Shown here: positions 40,709-49,294 of the stretch, piece after piece
How positions within the stretch are numbered: the stretch's first letter is position 1
Layout of the letters: each line of letters opens with the position of its first letter
Assembly (NCBI GenBank): GCA_041658785.1
Contig: JBAZZL010000004.1
Location: 1 to 59,899, forward strand
Length of the DNA stretch: 59,899 nucleotides
Direction: 5' to 3'
Source of the DNA: Patescibacteria group bacterium
GTDB lineage: Bacteria > Patescibacteriota > Patescibacteriia > Magasanikbacterales > UBA922
Notes under the pieces: model-generated
What the model was told of the DNA's origin: nothing
Database searches by the model: none
Seen by the model: the letters and a program-made list of their open reading frames with translations, nothing else
Program-made: the position numbers and the translations under genes

Positions 40709-41980
40709 ATGCGGATAAAATTTTGGGACAATAAAATACTCAATCTGGATTTGCCGGCGGAATTGTTCGGAAGCAATTTAATTGCCCTGCCGGCGCTGGT
40801 TGATCCGCATGTCCATTTTCGCATGCCTGGAGGAGAAAACAAAGAAGATTGGCAGACAGCGGCGCAGGCGGCGATTGCCGGCGGTGTTACCACGGTTTTT
40901 GACATGCCGAATAATACCCCCGCGATCGTTGACGAGAAGGCTTTGTTGGACAAAAAGAAATTGATTGACAGCCAATTGGCGGAGGCCGAGATACCTTTGC
41001 GTTATCATTTGTATTTTGGCGCTACGCCGGACAATTTGGACGAAATTGAGAAAGTAAAAAATCAGATTATCGGCATAAAATTATTCATGGGGTCCAGCAC
41101 TGGCGATCTGTTGGTTGATAAAAAAGAGGATCAGGAGAGAGTGTTTAAAAAAGCGGCGGAATTGAATTTACTCGTTGCGGTGCACGCGGAAGATGAAGAG
41201 TGTATACGGGAGAGTGTTGAAAGATCAAAAGGCTTGTCCCGAGTAGAACCGAGGGATCAGAAGATCAAAAGATCAGACGGTAAAATCGCACCCGCTAAAC
41301 TTCATTCTAAAATAAGATCAAGAGAGGCGGCGGTGAAAGCCGTTACTCAAGCGCTTGGATTGGCGAGAAAATATGCAACAAAATTGTATATTTTGCATGT
41401 CAGCGCCAAAGAGGAGCTTAATTTAATCCGGCAGGCAAAAAATGATGGCATTAACGTTTACGCCGAGGCCACGCCCCACCATCTCATTTTGAACGAAAAC
41501 GATTACGCGCGCCTCGGAACCAAAGCGCAGATGAATCCGCCGCTCCGGACCAAAGCCGATAATGACGCTTTGTGGCAGGCGATAAAAGATGGTACAATTG
41601 ACACCGTCGGCACGGACCACGCGCCGCATACTTTGGCGGAGAAAAATCTGCCTTACGGCCAGGCGCCGTCCGGCGTGCCGGGGATTGAAAATTATTTGGC
41701 AATACTCCTAAATGCGCATCATGAAGGAAAAATTACTTTGGAAAAAATTGTTGAGCTGACTCACGATAATCCGCAGAAAATTTTTGGACTTGAGGCAAAT
41801 GATGATTTGGTAATCGTTGATCTTGACAAAACTAGAGTAGTGAGAGATGGAGAGCAGAAAACGAAATGCAAGTGGTCGCCGTATGCGGGGATGATGCTAC
41901 GGGGGTGGGCGGTGGCGGTGGTTTTGCGGGGCAGGGTGTATGGCGGTAGCCCGACAACCCTATCCCTCCACCTCCGCTGA
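40709..41980 (+). CDS. pyrC: dihydroorotase; the last ~13 codons and the stop are supplied by MITE copy C
   Basis: DPHVHFRMPG, VHAEDE and GTDHAPH metal-binding motifs. The C-terminal ...GGSPTTLSLHLR is read from the element terminus ggcggtagcccgacaaccctatcc. Confidence 0.9.
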   Translation: MRIKFWDNKILNLDLPAELFGSNLIALPALVDPHVHFRMPGGENKEDWQTAAQAAIAGGVTTVFDMPNNTPAIVDEKALLDKKKLIDSQLAEAEIPLRYHLYFGATPDNLDEIEKVKNQIIGIKLFMGSSTGDLLVDKKEDQERVFKKAAELNLLVAVHAEDEECIRESVERSKGLSRVEPRDQKIKRSDGKIAPAKLHSKIRSREAAVKAVTQALGLARKYATKLYILHVSAKEELNLIRQAKNDGINVYAEATPHHLILNENDYARLGTKAQMNPPLRTKADNDALWQAIKDGTIDTVGTDHAPHTLAEKNLPYGQAPSGVPGIENYLAILLNAHHEGKITLEKIVELTHDNPQKIFGLEANDDLVIVDLDKTRVVRDGEQKTKCKWSPYAGMMLRGWAVAVVLRGRVYGGSPTTLSLHLR

Positions 41981-42135
41981 CGCTGCGGCGGACAAGCAAC
42001 CCCTTTTTCTTCCCATACCCGATGGAGTAAGTAAAAAAGGAAAGGGGCATACGATTGAATTTAAGTTAAACTTTCTTAAAGGGTTCTCCTCCCCCCGTAA
42101 GGGGAGGAGACAGAGGTAGGGTTGTCCGGACTACC
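41942..42135 (+). mobile_element. MITE-like foldback element, family 1, copy C (pyrC / OTC-like junction)
   Basis: ggcggtagcccgacaaccctatcc ... ggtagggttgtccggactacc. It shares the acgattgaatttaagttaa core with copy B. Confidence 0.85.
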
Positions 42136-42163
42136 TCTACCTTTTTCTTTTACTTCAACTATT

Positions 42164-43111
42164 ATGCGCCACCTAATCTCGCTCAAAGAACAATCCAAAG
42201 AAGACCTTCTCGCCATACTGGATTTGGCCAAAAAAATAAAAGCCAAAAGAAAGGCCGGCGAGCTGACGAACTATTTGCCAAACAAAACTTTGATAATGTT
42301 ATTTCAAAAAACATCTACCCGCACGCGATTGTCGTTTGAGGCGGGCATGACCGAATTGGGAGGACACGCGATTTTTTTGGACGCGAAGACGACGCAATTT
42401 TCGCTGACGGATTTTAAAGACGAAATTCAGGCGGTGATGCGCTACGGGCAGGCGCTGATGTTTCGCGCGAAAAAAGCGGCGGATGTGGAATTGGCGGCGG
42501 CGTTAAATAAAATACCAGTCATTGACGCGTGCAGTGAAAAATATCATCCGGCCCAGGCCTTGAGTGATTTGCTAACCATGTCGGAGCATTCGGGCGGGAT
42601 TGAAAAAATAAAAAAGATCGCCTGGCTGGGAATTGAAAATAATGTTTCCAATACTTTGATGCTCGCTTGCGCTAAGCTGGGAATCAAAGTAGCGATTGCC
42701 GCGGCCGAGGTTGACAGGGACAGCGTTGACGCGGATCTGAACCGGCAGGCGGAGGCGACCGGAAATGTTACGCGGACGCAAAATCTGGCCGAGGCGCTGT
42801 CCGGCGCCGATTATGTGCATACGGATACGTGGATGAATATGGAATTTTTTGATCAGGGAAAAGTGAGGCCGGAATTTCAACCGGAATATGAACGGCGCAA
42901 GAAAACGTTTATGCCGTTTCAGTTGAACGCGGCGATAATCAATCAACACTGCCCGCAAGCGAAAATAATGCACTGCATGCCCTGCCATGTCGGCTATGAA
43001 ATTTCCCGCGACGCGATTGATCACCCCAATTCAATTATTTTTGATCAGGCGGAGAATAGGATGCATGGGCAGAAGGGGATTATTATGTGGTTGTTGGAAA
43101 AAGGAGTGTGA
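42164..43111 (+). CDS. ornithine-carbamoyltransferase-family protein (atypical substrate motif)
   Basis: [18 protein letters not shown] and HCMPCH resemble OTCase. HTDTWMNME stands where I recall OTCases having D-x-W-x-S-M-G. Start set at MRHLISL, because the longer ORF begins inside the MITE. Confidence 0.75.
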   Translation: MRHLISLKEQSKEDLLAILDLAKKIKAKRKAGELTNYLPNKTLIMLFQKTSTRTRLSFEAGMTELGGHAIFLDAKTTQFSLTDFKDEIQAVMRYGQALMFRAKKAADVELAAALNKIPVIDACSEKYHPAQALSDLLTMSEHSGGIEKIKKIAWLGIENNVSNTLMLACAKLGIKVAIAAAEVDRDSVDADLNRQAEATGNVTRTQNLAEALSGADYVHTDTWMNMEFFDQGKVRPEFQPEYERRKKTFMPFQLNAAIINQHCPQAKIMHCMPCHVGYEISRDAIDHPNSIIFDQAENRMHGQKGIIMWLLEKGV

Positions 43112-43156
43112 TGCGAGTTAGCATTTTACGTTTTTAAACAAGGTAGATCCAAGTTT

Positions 43157-43268
43157 AATTCACCTAATTTCCAATTCACCTAATTCACCTAATAAAATGT
43201 CCAATTTCTAATTTTTTAATTTGACATTTTATTAGGTGAATTAGACAATTAGGTGAATTAGGTGAATT
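43157..43268. repeat. 112-nt foldback made of cacctaatt words (45-nt arms)
   Basis: aattcacctaatttccaattcacctaattcacctaataaaatgtc pairs with gacattttattaggtgaattagacaattaggtgaattaggtgaatt. Confidence 0.92.
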
Positions 43269-43279
43269 TTAAAAGACCT

Positions 43280-44191
43280 ATGCTCCAAACAAACTTTCTC
43301 AAAATCAAATTCCCCAATCCGCTCGTCCTCGCCTCCGGCATTCTTGGCGTTACCGCGGCCAGTATGGCGCGGGCGGTAAGAAACGGTTGCGGCGGAGTTA
43401 CGGTTAAATCGCTTTCCAAAGAACCGCGCGCCGGGCATCCCAATCCGACGATGTCGGGAAAGAAAGATTATTTTATCAACGCGGTGGGGCTGTCAAACCC
43501 GGGCGTGGCCAAGGGAGTGGAAGAACTGAAAAAATTTAAAACCATGACAAACGCGCCGCTCATTGGCAGTATTTTTGCCGGCACGACCGACGAGTTTAGC
43601 GAGGTGGCGGAAAAAATTTGCGAGGCGCCGATTGATCTGCTGGAAGTTAATATTTCCTGCCCCAATGTGGGCGAGGAATTTGGCTCGCCTTTTGCTTATT
43701 CTCCCGAAGCGGTGGCGGTAATTACCAAAAAAGTAAAAGCAAAATCAACTGTGCCGGTACTTATCAAACTGGCACCCGGAGTGTGGAACATTAGCGAAAT
43801 TGCCAAAGCCGCCGAATCAGCCGGCGCCGATGCCCTTACCGCCGGCAACACCATCGGCGGAATGGAAATCGTAGTCCGCGCCAGAAAAGCGCTTTTGCAC
43901 AACAAAGTTGGCGGCGTTTCCGGTCCGGCCTTGTTCCCGATCGCTCTCAAGTCCGTTTACGAAATTTATCAAGCCGTAAAAATCCCAATCATCGGCACCG
44001 GCGGAGTCACGACCGGCGAAGACGCGCTCGCGATGGTGATGGCCGGCGCGACGCTGGTCGGCGTCGGCTCGGCGGTCTATTATCGCGGCGAAAAGGCGTT
44101 CAAAAAAATTAGCGAGGAGATGGAGAGTATTATGAAGGAGGAGGGGATTAAGAATTTGGGGGAGGTGAGAGGGTGCGTAGTTGGCGACTGA
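43280..44191 (+). CDS. pyrD: dihydroorotate dehydrogenase, class 1B catalytic subunit
   Basis: FPNPLVLASG, NISCPN and GGVTTGEDA. It is partnered with pyrK. Start set at MLQTNFL, outside the foldback. Confidence 0.9.
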   Translation: MLQTNFLKIKFPNPLVLASGILGVTAASMARAVRNGCGGVTVKSLSKEPRAGHPNPTMSGKKDYFINAVGLSNPGVAKGVEELKKFKTMTNAPLIGSIFAGTTDEFSEVAEKICEAPIDLLEVNISCPNVGEEFGSPFAYSPEAVAVITKKVKAKSTVPVLIKLAPGVWNISEIAKAAESAGADALTAGNTIGGMEIVVRARKALLHNKVGGVSGPALFPIALKSVYEIYQAVKIPIIGTGGVTTGEDALAMVMAGATLVGVGSAVYYRGEKAFKKISEEMESIMKEEGIKNLGEVRGCVVGD

Positions 44192-44207
44192 AATAGTCAC
44201 GTTTGAG

Positions 44208-44395
44208 GAATTAAGTTGAACGCTGCTAAACCGAAAGGATGCCAGACCCACGCACCTCAACCCCCCGCCCCTTCTCCTTGAAGGAGAAGGGGAGACCGCC
44301 AGCGAGAGGTTTTAGTTCCCCTTCCCCTTTTAGGGGAAGGGGACAGGGGATGAGGTGCGCGGGCAGTACCATAGAAACGAACTATGGCTACCTCT
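44208..44395 (+). repeat. foldback element, family 2, copy D
   Basis: taagttgaacgctgctaaaccgaaaggatgccagacccacgcacctcaacccc, hairpins ccccttctccttgaaggagaagggg and ccccttccccttttaggggaagggg, then ggggatgaggtgcgcggg. Confidence 0.85.
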
Positions 44396-44416
44396 ATCAG
44401 GGAGTACAAACAGTTG

Positions 44417-44598
44417 ATTAACGCCCGGGCGCAAACGTTGCGTAAAAAACAAACACCGGCGGAAGCAAAACTTTGGCCATACCTGCGGGGCCGGAAATTC
44501 GTTTGACAGATATGGAGTACAGTGTCTTGAGATTCAAAAACAAAGAAGTAATGGAAAACATTGACGAAGTTTTGGAGAAAATAAAAAACCAAGGTTGA
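44417..44598 (+). pseudogene. DUF559-type endonuclease remnant (N- and C-terminal pieces in different frames, core deleted)
   Basis: Frame A reads INARAQTLRKKQTPAEAKLWPYLRGRKFV*. Frame B reads DMEYSVLRFKNKEVMENIDEVLEKIKNQG*. Both match the conserved ends of DUF559 proteins as I recall them. Confidence 0.65.
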
Positions 44599-44605
44599 TG
44601 CGTTT

Positions 44606-44795
44606 AAGTTGGACGTTGCTAAAACAAAAGGACGTCAGACCCACGCACCTCATCCCTAACCCTTCTCCTTGAAGGAGAAGGGAAGCGATTGACGAGTTTT
44701 TTCGTCTCCCCTTCTCCTCAAAGGAGAAGGGGCCGGGGGGATGAGGTGCGTTGGCGCCACCATACAAACGAATTACCAATGCCTCCCTCAGGCAG
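44606..44795 (+). repeat. foldback element, family 2, copy E (direct repeat of D)
   Basis: taagttggacgttgctaaaacaaaaggacgtcagacccacgcacctcatccc, hairpins cccttctccttgaaggagaaggg and ccccttctcctcaaaggagaagggg, then ggggatgaggtgcgttgg. Confidence 0.85.
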
Positions 44796-44827
44796 CACAA
44801 ACAGACAACACAAACAATCTCTTTATT

Positions 44828-45661
44828 ATGCCAACCGACACCCCCAAAATGTTAAAAATCACGAAAATAACAACCGAAACCCTCCGCGTCAAGACCTTTT
44901 ATTTTAATTACCCGCTAAACAGCCGGCCAGGGCAGTTTGTGATGGTTTGGATTCCGGGCGTTGATCAAAAACCGTTTTCAATCGGTTATGACGACGGCAA
45001 AAAGTTTGGTTTAACCGTCTGCGCCGTGGGGAATTTTTCTAAAAAGTTTTCAACGATGAAAGTCGGCGAAAAAGTCGGCGTTTCCGGTCCGTACGGCACG
45101 AGCTTTTCTCTTAAATCCAATACGCATTACATCACCGTTGCCGGCGGCTACGGCGCCGCGCCGTTGGGTTATCTGGCCGAAGAAGCGTCAAAGTTAAAAA
45201 ATGTTAAAATAGATTTTTTGCTCGGCGCGAAGAGTTGTGATAGTATATTGTTTGAGAAAAGATTAAGTAAGTTAAAAAATACTACGGTGCATTGCGCTAC
45301 GAACGATGGGAGTAAGGGATATCGAGGATTTGTTACTGATTTTTTAAAACAACACATCAACACTCCAACACATCAACACCTAAACCCATCAACACTTAAA
45401 CACGTATTGGTGTGCGCTTGCGGCCCGGAACTGATGGAAAAAAAAGTCTTAGACATCTGCAACGAGCATAAAATAAATTGCGAAGTAAGTATTGAACGAT
45501 ACATGAAATGCGGCCTCGGCGTCTGCGGCCAGTGCGCGGTGGATGACCTTGGTATTTGCATGTGTACGCATGGGCCGGTGGTGAGTCGCGAATTGGCGAA
45601 TAAGATTAAGGAGTTTGGGGTTTATCATCGGGATAAGAGTGGAGCTAAACATAATTTTTGA
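44828..45661 (+). CDS. pyrK: dihydroorotate dehydrogenase electron-transfer subunit
   Basis: FAD/NAD-binding fold and a C-terminal 2Fe-2S cysteine cluster MKCGLGVCGQCAV..CMC. Start set at the ATG at 44828, outside repeat E. Confidence 0.88.
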   Translation: MPTDTPKMLKITKITTETLRVKTFYFNYPLNSRPGQFVMVWIPGVDQKPFSIGYDDGKKFGLTVCAVGNFSKKFSTMKVGEKVGVSGPYGTSFSLKSNTHYITVAGGYGAAPLGYLAEEASKLKNVKIDFLLGAKSCDSILFEKRLSKLKNTTVHCATNDGSKGYRGFVTDFLKQHINTPTHQHLNPSTLKHVLVCACGPELMEKKVLDICNEHKINCEVSIERYMKCGLGVCGQCAVDDLGICMCTHGPVVSRELANKIKEFGVYHRDKSGAKHNF

Positions 45662-45750
45662 ACAAAATTAGACGAAATTAAACAAAATTAAACAAAATTG
45701 GACAGAATTAATTTTGTATAATTTTTTGTAATTTTGTTTAATTTATTTTC
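45661..45750. repeat. five phased 10-mers (aacaaaatta-type) followed by their inverted copies
   Basis: aacaaaatta gacgaaatta aacaaaatta aacaaaattg gacagaatta, then attttgtata attttttgta attttgttta. Confidence 0.9.
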
Positions 45751-45760
45751 GCATGTTTCT

Positions 45761-46381
45761 ATGAATCACGTAATTGACATCCTCAAACGCGTCAGCGCCA
45801 TCCTCGCCAACGACCACTTCGTCGGCACCTCGGGCAGGCATTTTGATACTTATATCAATAAAGACGCCCTTTATCCGCACACGAAGGAGACGTCCGAAGT
45901 CGGCAAAATGTTTGCGGAAAAATATCAGGACTTGGAGATTGATGTTGTCGCGGCGCCGGCTTTGGGGGGAATCATTTTGTCCCAATGGACGGCGTATTAC
46001 TTGTCGGAATTAAAAGGAAAAGAAATTCTTGGAATTTACGCGGAAAAAAAAGACGGGGTCTTGCAATTTACCCGGGGCTATGGCGAGCATTTGAAAAATA
46101 AAAATGTCCTGGTGATTGAGGATTTGACCACGACCGGCGGGTCGCTGAAAAAAGTGATTGATTGCGTCAAGCAGGCCGGCGGCAACGTTGTCGCCGCGTC
46201 AGTGATGGTGAATCGCGATCCCCAATTAGTCAATGCGGAGACGCTCGGCGCGCCTTTTTTCCCGCTCGCGGAGCTGGTCATTGAATCGTATGAGGCGACG
46301 GATTGTCCGCTGTGCAAAAATAATGTGCCGGTGAATACTAAAATTGGACATGGAAAAAAGTTTGTTGAATCTAAAAGATGA
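45761..46381 (+). CDS. pyrE: orotate phosphoribosyltransferase
   Basis: PRPP-binding motif VLVIEDLTTTGGS, and operon context. The start (45734 versus 45761) is uncertain. Confidence 0.85.
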   Translation: MNHVIDILKRVSAILANDHFVGTSGRHFDTYINKDALYPHTKETSEVGKMFAEKYQDLEIDVVAAPALGGIILSQWTAYYLSELKGKEILGIYAEKKDGVLQFTRGYGEHLKNKNVLVIEDLTTTGGSLKKVIDCVKQAGGNVVAASVMVNRDPQLVNAETLGAPFFPLAELVIESYEATDCPLCKNNVPVNTKIGHGKKFVESKR

Positions 46382-46586
46382 TGCGGATTTACAGATTTAT
46401 GCGAATCTACAAAATTACAGATTTACCGTTATCTTGGTAAATCCTGGCAATCATGGAAATCTGTGTCCTATCTAACGATCGCTAGATAGCCCACAGATTG
46501 CCATGATTGTCCATGATTGTCCATGATTATTGAGCGATTATATTTTGTAACTCTGCCATATTCGCATTCATCCGCAAATCCGCATC
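46380..46586. repeat. 207-nt nested palindrome between pyrE and pyrF
   Basis: Outer arms are gatgcggatttacagatttatgcgaat / attcgcattcatccgcaaatccgcatc. Middle arms are ggcaatcatggaaatctgtg / cacagattgccatgattgtcc. The centre is ctatctaacgatcgctagatag. Confidence 0.9.
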
Positions 46587-46606
46587 ATCCTTAAAAAATA
46601 AATACT

Positions 46607-47416
46607 ATGCAGCAAAATCTTTCCTACACCCAACGCGCCAATCTGTGCATCAACCCCACCGCCATCAGACTGCTAAAACTAATGGACGAAAAACAGACCA
46701 ATCTATGCGCGGCGGCGGATGTGAGATCAAAAAAAGAATTGATTGATTTGGCCGAAGCAATTGGTCAGGAGATTTGCGTTTTAAAAACACACATTGATAT
46801 TGTGGATGATTTTGACATGGATTTGATCATTCAGCTGGAACGGTTGTCGGAAAAATACGAATTTTTGCTTTTTGAAGACAGAAAATTCGCGGACATCGGC
46901 AATACTGTCAAACACCAGTATCAAGACGGCGTTTATCACATTGCGGACTGGGCGCATATTGTGAACGCCCATACCGTTCCCGGACCAGGAGTAGTGGAAG
47001 GTTTAAAAGAGGTTGGCCTGCAAAAAGGACGCGGGCTTCTGCTCTTGGCCGAGATGAGTTCAAAAGGAAATTTGGCCAAGGGGGAATATACCCAAGCATC
47101 ATTGGAAATGGCTCAGATAAATAAGAACTTTGTTATTGGTTTTATCACAATGAGAAAATTGCTGGATGATCCGCGTTTTATCAATTTTACCCCAGGGGTT
47201 CAGTTGGCAAAAGGCGAGGATGATTTGGGCCAGCAGTACAATACTCCGAAAAAAGTGATTGGCAGCCAAGAAAGTGACATTATCATCGTCGGCCGAGGCA
47301 TCTATCAAGCTAGTGATCCTTTGGCAGAAGCAAAAAAATATAGAGAGGCTGGATGGCAAGCATATCAAGAAAGGCTCGCGGGGCAAGCCCCGCGGTATTC
47401 AGGCACAGGCGAATAA
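46607..47416 (+). CDS. pyrF: orotidine-5'-phosphate decarboxylase
   Basis: [11 protein letters not shown] catalytic motif. 269 aa. Confidence 0.9.
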   Translation: MQQNLSYTQRANLCINPTAIRLLKLMDEKQTNLCAAADVRSKKELIDLAEAIGQEICVLKTHIDIVDDFDMDLIIQLERLSEKYEFLLFEDRKFADIGNTVKHQYQDGVYHIADWAHIVNAHTVPGPGVVEGLKEVGLQKGRGLLLLAEMSSKGNLAKGEYTQASLEMAQINKNFVIGFITMRKLLDDPRFINFTPGVQLAKGEDDLGQQYNTPKKVIGSQESDIIIVGRGIYQASDPLAEAKKYREAGWQAYQERLAGQAPRYSGTGE

Positions 47417-47429
47417 AACCGCCATGAAT

Positions 47430-47451
47430 AAAACCGCCATCAGGCGGTTTT
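47430..47451. terminator. bidirectional terminator hairpin after pyrF
   Basis: aaaaccgcc-atca-ggcggtttt. Confidence 0.8.
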
Positions 47452-47490
47452 GAAATCCATAAACCAGAACCACATCGGAAAATTCGCGAG

Positions 47491-48186
47491 TTAATGCGGC
47501 ATTTCATCTATAATTTTTTTGAAATCCTTAGAATCTGCAGAACTGATAACACCCTTGCGGCGGTCCTGTTCAACTTGAAGCTTCATCTTTTTTCGCACTT
47601 GCAAATTAATACCAGCGCCTCTCTTGGCTTTTTGCGCGTGAGGTTTTGTCAAAGTTTCAAAATATTCTCTGTCCTTCTTGCTAATATTCTTGTATGTAGC
47701 CGGCATGTCCTTAGTCATATTAAATAATTTTCTCTGCAATCCCAACCGGCCTTTTGTGCGAAAACCGCCGCCCAGCTTCATTTCTGGAATTTCATATTTT
47801 GACGGCTCCACCGCTTTGGCTGCTTCTTCGGCCGCTTTTCGATCTCTAATCATTTTGCGTATATATTGGTATCTCAAACGATCTCGCGCCTCATCCACAT
47901 ATTCGTTATCATTAATTGACCTTTTGTCCTGCCCATCATGGGCAATGGAAGTGGACGGAGCAGATTGCCATGGTGTTTCGCCAGCAGCTGCCGCAGTATC
48001 GCTCTTGCCGCCAGACTTGCTTTGTAATAATTGGCCTATGGAAACTTTTGCTTGTTCCCTATCTTTGCGTTGCTGAAGTTTGGTAATAGAAAGATCCTGC
48101 GCGTGCCGAATCGGCCCTTTGGGCAATGAAGGATTTTGCCGCTGTGTTGACAATACTGGCGGAAGATTTTGGGGCATACAATTCAA
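47491..48186 (-). CDS. hypothetical basic protein
   Basis: 231-aa ORF, Lys/Arg-rich. No family recognised. Confidence 0.5.
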   Translation of the reverse strand: MNCMPQNLPPVLSTQRQNPSLPKGPIRHAQDLSITKLQQRKDREQAKVSIGQLLQSKSGGKSDTAAAAGETPWQSAPSTSIAHDGQDKRSINDNEYVDEARDRLRYQYIRKMIRDRKAAEEAAKAVEPSKYEIPEMKLGGGFRTKGRLGLQRKLFNMTKDMPATYKNISKKDREYFETLTKPHAQKAKRGAGINLQVRKKMKLQVEQDRRKGVISSADSKDFKKIIDEMPH

Positions 48187-48196
48187 AATGATTTGT

Positions 48197-48295
48197 TATA
48201 CTCAATTGTTATTTAAATTCCAGATAATACCCCGTAGCTCAACGTTAAATTACAGCTAAAACTTAAGGAATTTAATTTTTGCAAAATCGGAATTA
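48197..48295. repeat. inverted repeat, left arm, flanking miaA
   Basis: tatactcaattgttatttaaattccagataataccccgtagctcaacgttaaattacagctaaaacttaaggaatttaatttttgcaaaatcggaatta. Confidence 0.95.
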
Positions 48296-48302
48296 CGGTG
48301 AA

Positions 48303-49259
48303 TTAATAAGACGAAGAGGTATTTATTAAAAATTCATCAACCAATTTCTCCGCATCCTCATACTCACTGCGCCATTTTATTTTTTTGTCGCGTCTAAACC
48401 AGCTTGCTTGACGCCGCGCGTAACGCCTGGTATCTCGCTTAAGCCGCTCAATGGTTTCATCCAATGTAATCTTTTTTTCAAAATAATCTTTAAATTGTCT
48501 ATAGCCTATTCCATTCATGCTTGGCAATACCCAGCCGTATTTTTGACGCACCAAATCCTCAACCTCCTTTAATAAACCAAGCTTCATCATTTCATCAATT
48601 CTCTTATTTATCCTATCATACAATACATCTCTGGGAACATCAATTCCAATTTGCAACGTATCAAACAAGGGATCGCCCTTGCTTCGTTGTTTGGAAAAAG
48701 GTTCTCCCGTAAAGATGCAGACCTCCAAAGCGCGGATTATTCTCCTTTTGTTATTATGATCTATTGTTTCTATAATTTCTGGATCCATCTGGAAAAGCAG
48801 CTGAATCAATTCATCATTGCTCTTCTCTGCCAGACTCTTGCGCAGTTTATTATTTGGAGTTACGCGGGGGATGTGCATATTTTCAACCACAGACGAAATA
48901 TACAAACCTGTTCCGCCGGTAATGAGCGGGAGTTTACCGCTTTTGTGTATAGACTTGATATGCTTTATCGCCTGATCACGAAATTCAGCAACGCTGAATA
49001 TTTTTCCAGGATTCAAAAAATCAACCAAATGGTGAGGAATGTCTTCAATATAGTAAACTTTTGATAAACCGCTTCTGCGCCACTCGCCAGGTTCTTTGGC
49101 TGTGCCAATATCCATTTTTTTATAAATCTGACGAGAGTCGGCAGAAATAATTTCACCTTTATATTTTTTTGCCAGCTGAAGACTCCAGTTGGTCTTACCG
49201 CAAGCGGTTGGACCAAGAATCACCACTAATTTAGGCAATTTTTGACTCTCTTGTCGCAT
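48303..49259 (-). CDS. miaA: tRNA dimethylallyltransferase
   Basis: P-loop GPTACGKT, and ADSRQIYKKMDIGTAK. Confidence 0.92.
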   Translation of the reverse strand: MRQESQKLPKLVVILGPTACGKTNWSLQLAKKYKGEIISADSRQIYKKMDIGTAKEPGEWRRSGLSKVYYIEDIPHHLVDFLNPGKIFSVAEFRDQAIKHIKSIHKSGKLPLITGGTGLYISSVVENMHIPRVTPNNKLRKSLAEKSNDELIQLLFQMDPEIIETIDHNNKRRIIRALEVCIFTGEPFSKQRSKGDPLFDTLQIGIDVPRDVLYDRINKRIDEMMKLGLLKEVEDLVRQKYGWVLPSMNGIGYRQFKDYFEKKITLDETIERLKRDTRRYARRQASWFRRDKKIKWRSEYEDAEKLVDEFLINTSSSY

Positions 49260-49294
49260 ATTGGCATCGCTTTATCTATACCCCTTCGCCTTAT

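Noticed and set aside
44257-44592. 111-aa minus-strand ORF, and the 44741 start of the pyrK ORF
   Set aside because: Both are read through foldback repeats D and E (GEGAGG and PSPKRGRG-type low-complexity translations). pyrK is better started at the ATG at 44828.
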